NCBI GenBank assembly: GCA_009103225.1
Contig: RHPI01001116.1
Location: forward strand, 379,380 to 443,379
Origin: Chlorokybus atmophyticus
Lineage: Eukaryota > Plantae > Mesostigma and Chlorokybus algae
Direction: 5' to 3'
DNA: 64,000 nucleotides
This document shows, one piece after another, positions 38,200 through 49,827 of this stretch. A program made the translations under genes and the position numbers. The notes beneath the pieces were generated by a model, which worked only from the letters and a program-made list of their open reading frames with translations, ran no database searches and had not been told where the DNA came from. Position 1 is the first letter of the stretch; every line of letters begins with the position of its first letter.

Positions 38200-39350
38200 G
38201 ATTGCTGCATGTTCAACATCACGATGCTACAAGGCTTGTTGCTGCCGATGGCGTTCAAATGAATCTGCAACGACCCGGTGTACATGCAACAAGGCAGCAG
38301 TGTTTGCAAGACCTGCGCTATCGCATAACAATGGCAAAGCCAACGGTCCGTAACACCAGGCCTTTATGAAACTGCAGTCAATGCGCTGAGGTTGACGCTG
38401 CTGAACTCTAAGCTGACAATTCTCCATCTGTGTTGCAGTCCATAAAGCAGCCTGCCTGCTACAGACAATTACCAACGGACAATCATTGCATGATGCCATG
38501 TTAGCATTTGGCAACTACAGATGCACTTGTCATCTTGAAAAGCCTCGTATGGTGCCAAATGACCGGGTCATTTGGCACCAACCATCTGCTGCCTGAGCGC
38601 AGACTGCTTATCAGGTACACTTGCACCATCATGACTGCAAACAGTGACACACCGTAACACAATGGCTATCAATAAGCACCCCACGGTCGTGAGGCATTGC
38701 ATGTGACTACGAGTCCAAACAACCTAGGTGGCTTGCCTGACCATGCAGACAAATGCGCTGTGGCACCGGAGGACTGGACGCCAGCATAATGTCTGCACTG
38801 CTCTATGGCACAGGCAGCCTGCTGGAGCCTCCTCCTGCTTGAACCGGCTCCAGCCGGAGCAGAGACGCCCTTGGACCACTGGTGCTGCACAAAGGCTCAC
38901 CACCGCTTGCAATTTCAGTGAGTAGTACTTCTGCTGACATTCACAAGCTCAACACTGCAGAGTCTCAGACGACAGGTTGTCTGACCACTGCCTCAAGTCT
39001 GCCTTGTGTATGGCATAGTGCGAGTTGCTTGCCACGAACGCTGCCCATGCTAGCTGCCTTTGCTTGCTTTCTCCGCAGGGCGTGTAGACAGTCACAACTT
39101 GCATAGAGTCTGCCGCAGTGGAGGCAGATTCCAGCTGGCAGGTAGCACTTACGCCAGCTGGCAGCCGAGGACCCAAACAATAACCGGAGTCTCAGGTCTT
39201 CGCTGCCCTCACCTCGGTGGCTGGCATGGTGAACTTCTTGTGTCTATGGCAGACGTCCACCTAGAGTGTCTCCCCCACAAAGCAGCCTCAAACACAGGCG
39301 CGACCGTAAGTGGTTCAGCGCATCAATGTCAACTCGTCAGGATCCTTCCA
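38200..39350 (-). mobile_element. Degenerate non-LTR retrotransposon AP-endonuclease relic
   Basis: VVTVYTPCGESKQRQLAWAAFV...AIHKADL resembles the APE NVYAP...FW...GDFN block. QRIDCSFI further downstream resembles RIDY. Many stops. Confidence 0.35.
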
Positions 39351-42300
39351 GCTGCTGTTACACGTGCAGCTTCCTAACTTGGGGAGTCTGAGACGGTGGC
39401 GCATCCATGCGCATCGGTCAGTGCAACTTACGCTTCAACATTGCTTCAACTTGACAACTCGGTGGCTTCTGCGACAGACGCGACCCCATGTGTCAATACC
39501 CACACTGCTGCCGATGGCATCGTATCGAATGGACACACGAGTCTGTGCTTGCCATTGCATACGGCAAACAGCAAATGTGACTGCGTTACACAACGACTGC
39601 TAAGGGAGTGCGCCATGCATGCTGCGCGCCAATGCGCCTCTCTGCCGGCAGCGTAGTGAATGGCAGCACAAGCGGCGGCGAGGGTGTGGGCAAGGGAGAT
39701 GGCGGAGGAAGGGGGAGTCCACGTCTGCATGTTGCTGTGGTCGATGTGGATGCAGCAAGGCCGCTGACTAAGACACATGCGCAGGTGACTGCAATTGCCA
39801 TGCAAGCATGCATGTCTATAAGGGGGGCAGTAGTGGTGGACTCAAGAGGTAGTTAGCAGGTAGCATGTAGGCGCCTTGCCCCGGTGGTCGATGTGGTAAG
39901 TGTTGATGGTGTTGGTTGAATTGCATATGCACGTAGGTTTGCATGTTATGCATTCCCTCTTGCATTTTGTGTACATACACAGCTGCAAGTATGCAATCTT
40001 TAATATCTTATGCAACCCAACGTGCATACGCCCTCTCACTGATCACATGCCCGCTTGCGAATTGCTGCCTTGAACATATGCATACGCTCTTATTCCAGCA
40101 CTTACATGCCTTACATTAGTCACCACTGGCATTGTGCTGAAACACCGTGCGTGACTCACACACACGGATGTGCGCATGGTTGCATGTCAACACTCTCGCC
40201 ATGCGTAAGTCAAGCTGCGTGCGAAGCTGTCATTTCATTGCTCACCTGGCAATATGTACTACATATTGCAGTAATAGTACTACTGCACCTTTTTGCGTGC
40301 ACTGTAGCAACTGTTTAGAATGCAGGTGTGACTGATTGATAGAACTCAAGACCCCATGCGGATATGTCATGCACGTGCGCACATGCATAACCATCCGCAT
40401 TGCATGTGCTCTGGCTTGATGGTGACGAACACAACCACCAGCACACAACTTCTATTGCACAACACCATCTCTCACACTCTCTTCCTGGTGCTGCCATTGC
40501 TTAAGCAGATCAATAACAACAACAGCAAACTGGTCTGGTAGGTTCATCAGGACAAGCAGCAACCAACAGGCTGTTCTGTCCATATGCAACGTCGGTTAGC
40601 AGTCTATCGGGGTGCAAAGGCATGAACATCAGCAATAATCAACAAGCACTCAAGTATAGCTGCGAGTGTATGTTCGTCAACAACTAGGCCTACAGACCAG
40701 TTCCTAGCCTGCACAGTTGTTTACTTGCGAGTTGTAGCACATTGACGTGCTTCAATGGTCTGTCAATCTCAGCACTAAGCCACATGCAACTGACACAAAC
40801 GCGCTTGTTGCTCCAATATACATGTACAGCTTGGTACAGTGCCATGCGCAACAACTTCATGTATTGCAGAGTTCACTCATGAGGGTGCAGGCTGCTGTTG
40901 CTTGTGGCTATTGATGCAAGCTGTGCGCGTGTCTGCCAGTGATTGGCATGCGTATGTGTGTGACAAATGCACTCACACGGCCACGGCAACGCTCGTGCCG
41001 GGGTCATCAAGCGAAGTGTTCTTCCTGCGTTGCACTTACACGCTGTACGTGGTGTCCAAAGCAATGTTGTGCCTGACAAACCGCCCGCTGTGCGTGCAAG
41101 CGCGTGCGACACGTTGGCTGGCGGTGGTTGCGGGTGTCTGCGCTATCCTCCAGCCTGTAACAACAGTGAACAAAGCCATGACCCAGAGTTAAGCACGCAT
41201 CAAATGCATAAGCTAAGTCTTTCATCTGCTGTTGTTGGAAAGGGGACAATCACGTAGCCACATTCCACTGGCAGGCTAGACTGCTGGGGACTCACCTTGA
41301 GGGTTATGACGTCACTGTCGTGTGCGCAGCGCAGCATGTGACCAGATCAAGACCAACATAGGTTCATGCCCAGCAACATCACGCGGTTACACCAAATGAC
41401 CAAAACCTCCGTCTGCTTTTAGCAACACCAAAGCGACATGGCTTGCGTCCATTGCCTGCATGCAATGCAATGCAAGCGTAGCAAGTGGGCCACCTGGCAA
41501 GCTTTCAACCAAGCGGGTCCACAGCATGAAGGATAAAGCAGACTGACCTAAATGACGCAACAAGGCCACCACCACAACAATACACGTGCTGCACAAGCTT
41601 GGGGTGCAACCTAACGCTTTGGCAGATATGAACACGGTATTGCGCTTGCGCACGCATGTCACACCATGCAAACACGCCATGCAACAAACAACTAGCAAGC
41701 AGAACAACAAGCCCTGCCCTTACCAACGGACAGGAGCAGTCCATGTTGCCCTGCGTCACGAGTCACCAGCAGCGAAGAAGGAGAACTCCAACTGGGTCTA
41801 GCAGGTCAGTTGGTGTCTACTGCTTCAACCAAAACCCGATCCTCCTAAACAGCCGCGGCGGCTTCTATACACCATACAAAGGACAAAGTGAAACAACTTT
41901 TTGTGGCCTCGCCACCTGCTCCTGCTCCTCCTCCTCCTGCGCCGCCGCCGCCGCCGCGTCCTCCGCTCTGTGCGAAGCCGTAGCTGTGTTAGGAAGTCTG
42001 CTACACAATATGCTTGTAGCCCGTTGCGAGGGAGAGAGAGCTTCGCTGCAGGCTGCAGCAAAGGTGCAGAGCTATACTGGCACAGCATTGCGGCAGTAGG
42101 ATGGCGGCGAGGGGGAGGAGGAGGGGGAGGAGGGAGACCGGCGTGGAGTGGAGGATAGACTTGTTGGTCAAGGGCAGGGGGAGAAGGGAGGACAACCAGG
42201 AGGAGGGGAGGAACCACTGGAACCATTGGAAGCATACACAAGCGCAGTTGTGAAGTGCTGCTGGCGTTGGGTGTGCGGGAGATTGGGGAAGGTGAGCGGC

Positions 42301-42462
42301 GGGGAGCATCTGACCCCAGTGCAAGTTCTGTGTGCGTGACTTAGCGTGAGGGTTTGTACCCAGAAAGCGTAGCGCACTGTGCGTGCGAGACCCTGCTTGC
42401 CTCCCAATGAAACAGTGCAACCGTGACGAGTTCCGCTCTGCAATGGCGCAGGCAGGGGCACG

Positions 42463-42471
42463 TTAGGGTTT
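42463..42471 (-). promoter_or_regulatory. Telo-box AAACCCTAA
   Basis: Exact reverse complement TTAGGGTTT, upstream of the (CT)n tract and the ET-like relic. Confidence 0.4.
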
Positions 42472-42932
42472 GACCATCTGCACGACTTGATTGCCGCGTA
42501 ATGCTTTCACTCATACCTATGCGATTGCGGGAGCTCGTATCTAGTCGAAGTGCGAATGCTTGCAGCCGCGATGCACTGCACATGCTCTAGCATCGCACGT
42601 GCTCTAGCATCGCATCTGCAAGCACTCATGTGCATTCCCAATGGGCATGTGTGTCAACAACAGAAACGCTTTAAGCAAGCGCAAGAGTCACACTTGACCG
42701 GCTTGCCATTGTTACTGACATTGCAGTCCGCGTGTCACATGCAAGTGCACCTGTTTGACACCAAAGCCATCATAGTAATCAACCACCTGTTTGCCACGTT
42801 TTGTTGTTTCAATACGTGCATTGGTCCACTCTGTTTGCAATCACAGGGTCTGTCTACGCCTTTGTTGATACTTCTCATGTCACTGCTCTTGTCCGCACTT
42901 GCTACACATAAGGCTTACAGCATCGCGCAGCA

Positions 42933-42933
<1 letters not shown>

Positions 42934-42988
<55 letters not shown>

Positions 42989-43030
42989 TCTCTCTCGCTC
43001 TCGCTCTCCCTCGCTCTCTCTCTCTCTCTC
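42934..43030. repeat. (CT)n microsatellite
   Basis: Direct reading of the sequence. Confidence 0.95.
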
Positions 43031-43104
43031 AGCTTTGCCCGTCCTTCCTCCCCTCTCTGCCTCAGATCGCGCAGGCGGATCAATCAAGGGTTTGAGGGGC
43101 AGGG

Positions 43105-44453
43105 GTGGTTGCGGACACGCTCTCCCGTCGCGAGAAGGAAAAAGAGCTGGCATGCTGCAGAACGGGAGTGCGCTGCCAGCCTCGCCGGGGTCCGGAAGGA
43201 CTTCAACCACGCCTCCTGCTGCAAGGAGCCCCACAGTCGACACAGCCGGGTGCTCTCCACCCCAAAAACCACACTCTTCAAGCACCAGCAGTGCCGCTGC
43301 TGCCTGGACCTTGTGAGGACGGCGTGCATGGAAGTGCCCAAAGAAGTAGTGGTTGCGTCTGCAGCACAGCAATCACCACAGAACAGAACTCCAAGAGCAG
43401 CAGCAGAGCAGATTTGCCCATCGCTGACTGTTTCAACAAGCTTGTACACCAAACTGAGTTTGTTGCTTTCGCAGTTGTCTTCGACGTCTACTACAGGTTG
43501 TACTCCAGCACCGACCAGGAGCCGCTGATGTCGGTACGGTGCGTAACAGAGAGGCTTTGGAACTGACTCGCATGCTTGCAGACAAAATGGATGGCGGCTT
43601 TTGCAATATTGGAACAAGCCTCTCAGCAGTTGACGAGTAAGTTGGCTCTTGCAGGTGCCATTTCGTCGCACACTGGTAGATTGACTTGTGGCAACCTGCA
43701 CCGCGAATGCACGCATACAAGCAGACTGCTGAAGGTTCAGTCATGCGTCCATGCATGCAACATGTTTATACCTACCTGTCTACAGCGTCTCACATCTCGA
43801 CGCGCCCACAAACCTACACGAGAAGGTGCGCACTGACATGCACACGCTTGAACGCGTTCGTTGTCATGCTGGGCGGTTTGTTACTCAATAGCCAACAGCA
43901 GCTGTTCTTACTGTTCAGAATATATGGATCATTTGAAAGGTGGGCGAAAGTCTCCAACTTGGAAAGATGGATACCCTGATCTGACCATGTGAGTATGGTT
44001 AATGTTCATGTGCACATTGTTGCCATTAGCATTATTTGTTTTATTCTTGTCCTTCTTCAATGCTGGTTACGCTGTTCAAAAGGTTTGCACCAGGGTTTTC
44101 ACTCGGCGTCATGAGTATCTCTGGAACCCGGCCAGCGGTTTGCCATTCCCTGCCAGTCACTGGAGCAATCCGCTGGAAGCAAAAGTGCGTCCCCAACAAG
44201 GTGCGTGTGTCTCAGTTCATAGCCTCACACTATTACATATTCACTGCTAGCATTTCCAATCAAAGGGTACGTGCCAAAGAAGCCCTGGCCTCGAGTGCAT
44301 CATTTAGCCAACTGGTTGTGGGATTGGCTTGGCCATCATGACACGTATGAAGTGAGAGTGGTTTGGTGCAACAATGATGCGCTGGGGCACAACCCGACAC
44401 GACAAGAGCTGGAGGAGAATTACTGGGACATTCTGGGTATTGATCCCCCGTAA
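43105..44453 (+). pseudogene. Degenerate GIY-YIG protein resembling plant EFFECTOR OF TRANSCRIPTION (ET/HRT) factors
   Basis: Exon-like pieces in order: LVHQTEF..YRLY; YLSTASHISTRPQTY (43773-43817, compare YLGQAxxVRxRLQxY); DHL; FFNAGYAVQ; RHEYLWN (44107-44127, compare FDYAWN). Frameshifts are needed to join them. Confidence 0.4.
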
Positions 44454-47400
44454 GCAGCTTAGAGTATTACATGTTGTAAAATGTGGTGGGCCAGACTGGC
44501 CGAAGAAACGTGTGCCCCCAGTGGCGCAGGGGCTTATCTCCAGGTACAACTGTTTCTGCTTGCAAGCTTTATGGGACACACCGGCCGTTGTGGCCTGGCA
44601 CGACCGTTACGGCTTAAGCGACGACAGTCACGGTAGTATTGGGCACCAATCGAAGCTCTGTTGCTCGTGGGTTCCCTTCAAGAAATGTCGTGCCTTGGCA
44701 TGCTGCGGTTTGTGCAGTGCCGCAACGCACCAAAACCAGTAGCGTTTTAGAAAACCAAGAAGTAAACTCTGTGATATCGTAGCATCAACAGTCAATGCCG
44801 ACACATTGAATGTGTATGTACAATGCGGTGGAACTGATGCACGCTGGTACTCACGCAGGCTGCTTCAATGTTAACACACCCCTAAGCCGGGCCACAGTCA
44901 GTAGCTGCCAGCATTGCCGGGTTGAGCCAATATACTACCTACACTACGGTGTGGGTCACCTACACCAGAGACGATCTGCTTAAAACTACAGGCATGAGCG
45001 CATCATGTCGTACTTGCGCTGACATGAGGGGATAGCGCAATGAAGGCAACTTGCTCGCAAGACTGAAATTCAGTAAGGTTGTGGCAAGCTGCGCGAGTCA
45101 ACGAGGCTTCCTAGCCAGTATGCCGACATGCGACTCCCAACATTGCAGGTACTAACCCACTAGCAACTGCCTGTCTTGACGTCACTGTTTGCAGAGCAAC
45201 AGCAATGGATACAATGCGTTGCTTTCCGCAGATTCTTTGTTACGGCCTAGTACTGACTGTCAGTGAGGCGAGCACCGGAGCAATGACGCGTGGCGAGCTG
45301 TGTCATGCGATGCTGTGTCCGTCTGTGCCGCACAGTGGCAAGGTGCCGCGGTACACTGCTTCTGGCATTGCGTGGTGCCAGCAGGTACCAGCAGTGTATG
45401 TGGTTGCAGCAGCACAATGACGCACACACCAGCAGCGACCCGCGTGCACTGAACTAGTAGTAGTCTTGAAGAGCACTGACCGACAGGGTTAGTACCGGGT
45501 ACTCACCCTATTGTTATGTTAGCCCTGTTGCATTGGCAGGCGCTTTAGATGTTAACACGTCAAAGCGCTTGTACGAAGCGACTTGCAAGTAGGAAGTAGG
45601 CTAGGGGGGTCAACTCAGTACCACCGTTCCACCACGGCTACTTGGCACGGGATGTCACACCGCATGCTATGCGGGTTGGTCTTGTTCATTGCATTGATGT
45701 GTCGCCGTCTACCGTCTGTTCACTCAAGCTGCACAACACGGTGTGATGCATGCACGAGCTGTTGTTGCATGCACTCAACAGCAATGGCAACATTCAGTGA
45801 TATGCCCGTCAGAGTGCACAGCCGCTATAGATACATTCTATGTAGGTTGCATGCAACTCACAAAGTGACACAATGTGATTGTTTTTTAATGCTGACATTG
45901 ATATGCCATGTCAACGCGTTGAATACATCAGTGGTATGCTCAGCGCATTGCCGTGCCCTATGGTAAGTTGAGGAGTGCTGCTATGATGCCATTATACCAG
46001 TGGCGACTACAACGGCAACATCTGCGATGGCCCTGATAGGCTCTCCCCCCAGGCACGCGCGTGTCGCCACAGCACTGGTCCTGCTAGGTCACCTGGTGGT
46101 GTGTTGTGTTGTATTGTGGACGGGTGATCGAGCGATGGTGTCATGCTGTGGTGTTGGATATGAGATAGGCAGCGTGCAGCACTGTGCTACGACCCTTGTA
46201 CATGTGTTTCTAAGCGAAGTGTCATTGTGTGCGTGGGTGCACGGTACACGATGCATAGTTGTGATGTCGCACAGTGTTTCATGCAAGTCAGAAAGCGGGT
46301 CGACGGTGCTCATGACCGTCTTAAGTCAACAACGACCAACCCATCACTGTGGCACGGCTTACTTGAAGTAGTTGCACTGGCCTATGCATATACTCTGCCA
46401 CTTGCCACGCAGTGCGGCACGTGGTTACGGCAGCTATAGCAACATGCGCACGCATCAACACGTGCAATGCGTGACGCAAGAGTCTCTCGCAAATGAGGAG
46501 CGTACAGCTAATCCCTGACCCGCGCCCACCCCTCATTGCCAAGCAACGTCCAGCAATCAGTCCTCAGCACATTCAACAAGTTGTAACGCAAGGCAATCAA
46601 CTCAGTCAAAGAGCAGTAATTTCTGTATTACAGCGCTGGTCGCAGCGCTGCAGCCAATAGATGACTGTTGCAGCACCATGGGGTGGGACTCAGCAGCAGC
46701 AGCAACAGGAGTCCAAAGGGCTTCATCGCTCCAAGTGTGCAGGCATGCGTGCCACTCCAGGTGGACAGCCTGAAGCACCAACATATAGGGCATGCGAGAA
46801 CGTCGGCGCATGCAGGCACAGTGCAGGTTTTGTCACCAGCAGCGCTCAGTTGCGGTTATCGCAATGCGGGTTATTCAATGCTGTGTTGGAGTGAGTCCAG
46901 CACGGCATGGCATAGTGGATAGTTGTATCGCATAAAGGGTGGAGGTGTCTCTCGGTTGGAGTTTTCCAGTTTTTCTGTTGTCTCTACTAGCTTCTAACTT
47001 GGATTTGTCTGCGTTATGCATGTGCTGTGGGTAACTGGTGCAGGTACTTCCCGCGTAGTAGGCATGGACACGCAGACTGTGTTTACGTCACAGACACGGC
47101 TCATGGATATGTCATCTGTGTCCTTTTTGTAATTCCATACCGGGTGGAGCTACCGCAGCGGTGTAGCGCTGCAGCTTCAAGTCCAGAAAGATGGATGCAC
47201 TCGCGTCACACCAAGGTGGTACAGGACCTTGCATTGACAACATGTTGCGTACCAGGTGTATCGTTGCTGTTGGAACCGACCAGGGAGTTTAGTCAATTTC
47301 GTTTAGTTGTCAAAAGAGATGCACAATGTACTACCTACGTAGGTAGGCATGTCAGCCAGCAGACGCTTGATCAATCAGTGAGGGAAGCTTTCCCCTTTCC

Positions 47401-48180
47401 GTTGAACAAACAGAGGTTACCGACTGGCTGCTGCTCTATGCCCAAGCTGCAGCGGCCGCAGACCCAACCTTTCAATGTCAGATCAGCCTTGCCAAGCAGG
47501 GCCTGCCCTAACCTCGGTTCTCGGTTTAGGTATACATACGTTGTGAAGTTTTGGTGTACTTCTACGTGCATCTCGCACGCACACGCTTAGAGCGCGAGTC
47601 TCAGTTGGATGAGGACAACGATGCTAGAGACACGGCCGAACACACATACACACGACCTGCACCTGCCAGGGGGTTCTCGGTTGGGACCTGACGCTTCTTC
47701 CCCCGTGCATCAGCTCGCCATACCATAAGGATGTGCGGCTGTGCGCGGAGTGGGGAGAAGACAACCCCCCCCACCAACTAACTTATACGGGGCTTGCTCT
47801 TGCCATGCCACGCCTGTCCAGACATATGTCATGCTAACCGTCCACGAGGGCTCATTCCCCGCGCAACCCGACACGTACCACCAGACATTTCACGCTGCAC
47901 TGAACACATTTGCAACGCACATGTGTATGCAAACCGTACATGCCTTGTTTTAACAAGTGTGCTGCGGTGTGGTTGCATATGAGCTTGGATTTGAGTATCA
48001 CACTGTGACACTCAAATCCAATGCGCATGCGGTCGTGTGTGCTGTGACTTTGTGCCTATGCACACACATACACGCGCAGTTGCGCACTAGCGTGTGTGCA
48101 GACATGATGCAACGCTGCACACTCGCACATTTCTCTAGCATACGCACGTACGCAAGCACGCACGCACCCACGCACGCATG

Positions 48181-48933
48181 NNNNNNNNNNNNNNNNNNNN
48201 NNNNNNNNNNNNNNNNNNNNNNNNNNNNNNNNNNNNNNNNNNNNNNNNNNNNNNNNNNNNNNNNNNNNNNNNNNNNNNNNNNNNNNNNNNNNNNNNNNNN
48301 NNNNNNNNNNNNNNNNNNNNNNNNNNNNNNNNNNNNNNNNNNNNNNNNNNNNNNNNNNNNNNNNNNNNNNNNNNNNNNNNNNNNNNNNNNNNNNNNNNNN
48401 NNNNNNNNNNNNNNNNNNNNNNNNNNNNNNNNNNNNNNNNNNNNNNNNNNNNNNNNNNNNNNNNNNNNNNNNNNNNNNNNNNNNNNNNNNNNNNNNNNNN
48501 NNNNNNNNNNNNNNNNNNNNNNNNNNNNNNNNNNNNNNNNNNNNNNNNNNNNNNNNNNNNNNNNNNNNNNNNNNNNNNNNNNNNNNNNNNNNNNNNNNNN
48601 NNNNNNNNNNNNNNNNNNNNNNNNNNNNNNNNNNNNNNNNNNNNNNNNNNNNNNNNNNNNNNNNNNNNNNNNNNNNNNNNNNNNNNNNNNNNNNNNNNNN
48701 NNNNNNNNNNNNNNNNNNNNNNNNNNNNNNNNNNNNNNNNNNNNNNNNNNNNNNNNNNNNNNNNNNNNNNNNNNNNNNNNNNNNNNNNNNNNNNNNNNNN
48801 NNNNNNNNNNNNNNNNNNNNNNNNNNNNNNNNNNNNNNNNNNNNNNNNNNNNNNNNNNNNNNNNNNNNNNNNNNNNNNNNNNNNNNNNNNNNNNNNNNNN
48901 NNNNNNNNNNNNNNNNNNNNNNNNNNNNNNNNN
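48181..48933. other. Assembly gap within an alternating purine-pyrimidine tract
   Basis: N-run flanked by (GC/AC/GT)-type repeats. Confidence 0.99.
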
Positions 48934-49827
48934 GGCCGTGTGTCCGTGTTTGTGTGCACGCGCGCTTGTATATGCGTGCACTGCACGCATATTGCATATG
49001 GCGGGTGCCTGTGTGTTAAAGCATGCTTTGTGCAGATGTACAATAGCTCTTTATCATGGTATGGGCTTGTGCGTGCATATGTGCGTGTGTATGCCATGCA
49101 CACGTGTGCAGTGCATGTGTATGTGGTCAATGCATGCACATGCAGCACAGTCCAAGTTGGAGAGTGCTGAATGTGGACCTGGCTTTTGAACCGCCATGCA
49201 GAAGAGTTATACAACACCAGCTCCAGAACTTTACCAAGCGGTTTATGACACGGGCAACCTTGCAGCTACCCCAGTATTGCCATGCATATATCATCCAGCT
49301 AATGATTACATGTTGGAAGCATGCACATCCAAGCACTCCATCAACTGCAGCAAAGGGCACGGGCACAAGCTCTCTGTGGCCGCTTGGCGCAAAGATCTGC
49401 TGCTCAACAATGATCATAAGATCAGCGACTCGCGTGCCAGTATGAACAGCACATTGCACGGGATCAGAAGGTGCTGGGTAAAGTCTTAGTGAATACACAA
49501 CCAGCTCAGTGTTTGACCAGTTTTGGTTGTCAGCACAGCATGCAGCGTGTACTTCAAACTGGTCTCTGCTAGCTCGATTTGGTGGTAGACTGTGGGATGT
49601 GACTCACTACAAAGACGTCGTCACATGATCAAAGTTGGAATTTCGTGGCATCAACACTGCTGCCTAATGGACTCAGGCACCTCTGAAGCCAGGCGCCTAA
49701 AGTTACCGACTTCAGTGAGTTAGTCAGAGTGGCAAACGCTCATATGCCTGCTTCATCGCATGTGCAAGCAGCACGCAGACACAGCAATTCAATTGTGGAA
49801 AGAAATAGCCCTTAGACACAGCAAGAA

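Noticed and set aside
43100-43135. VADTLSRR as a gypsy RNase H terminal motif
   Set aside because: Isolated match with no upstream RT/RNase H or downstream integrase.
47027-47590. 187-aa plus-strand ORF
   Set aside because: No recognisable motif, splice context or coding-like composition; left unassigned.
47957-49217. Long ORFs across N-runs (also 2318-2990, 7675-8082, 58142-59477)
   Set aside because: Artefacts of translating gaps and microsatellites.
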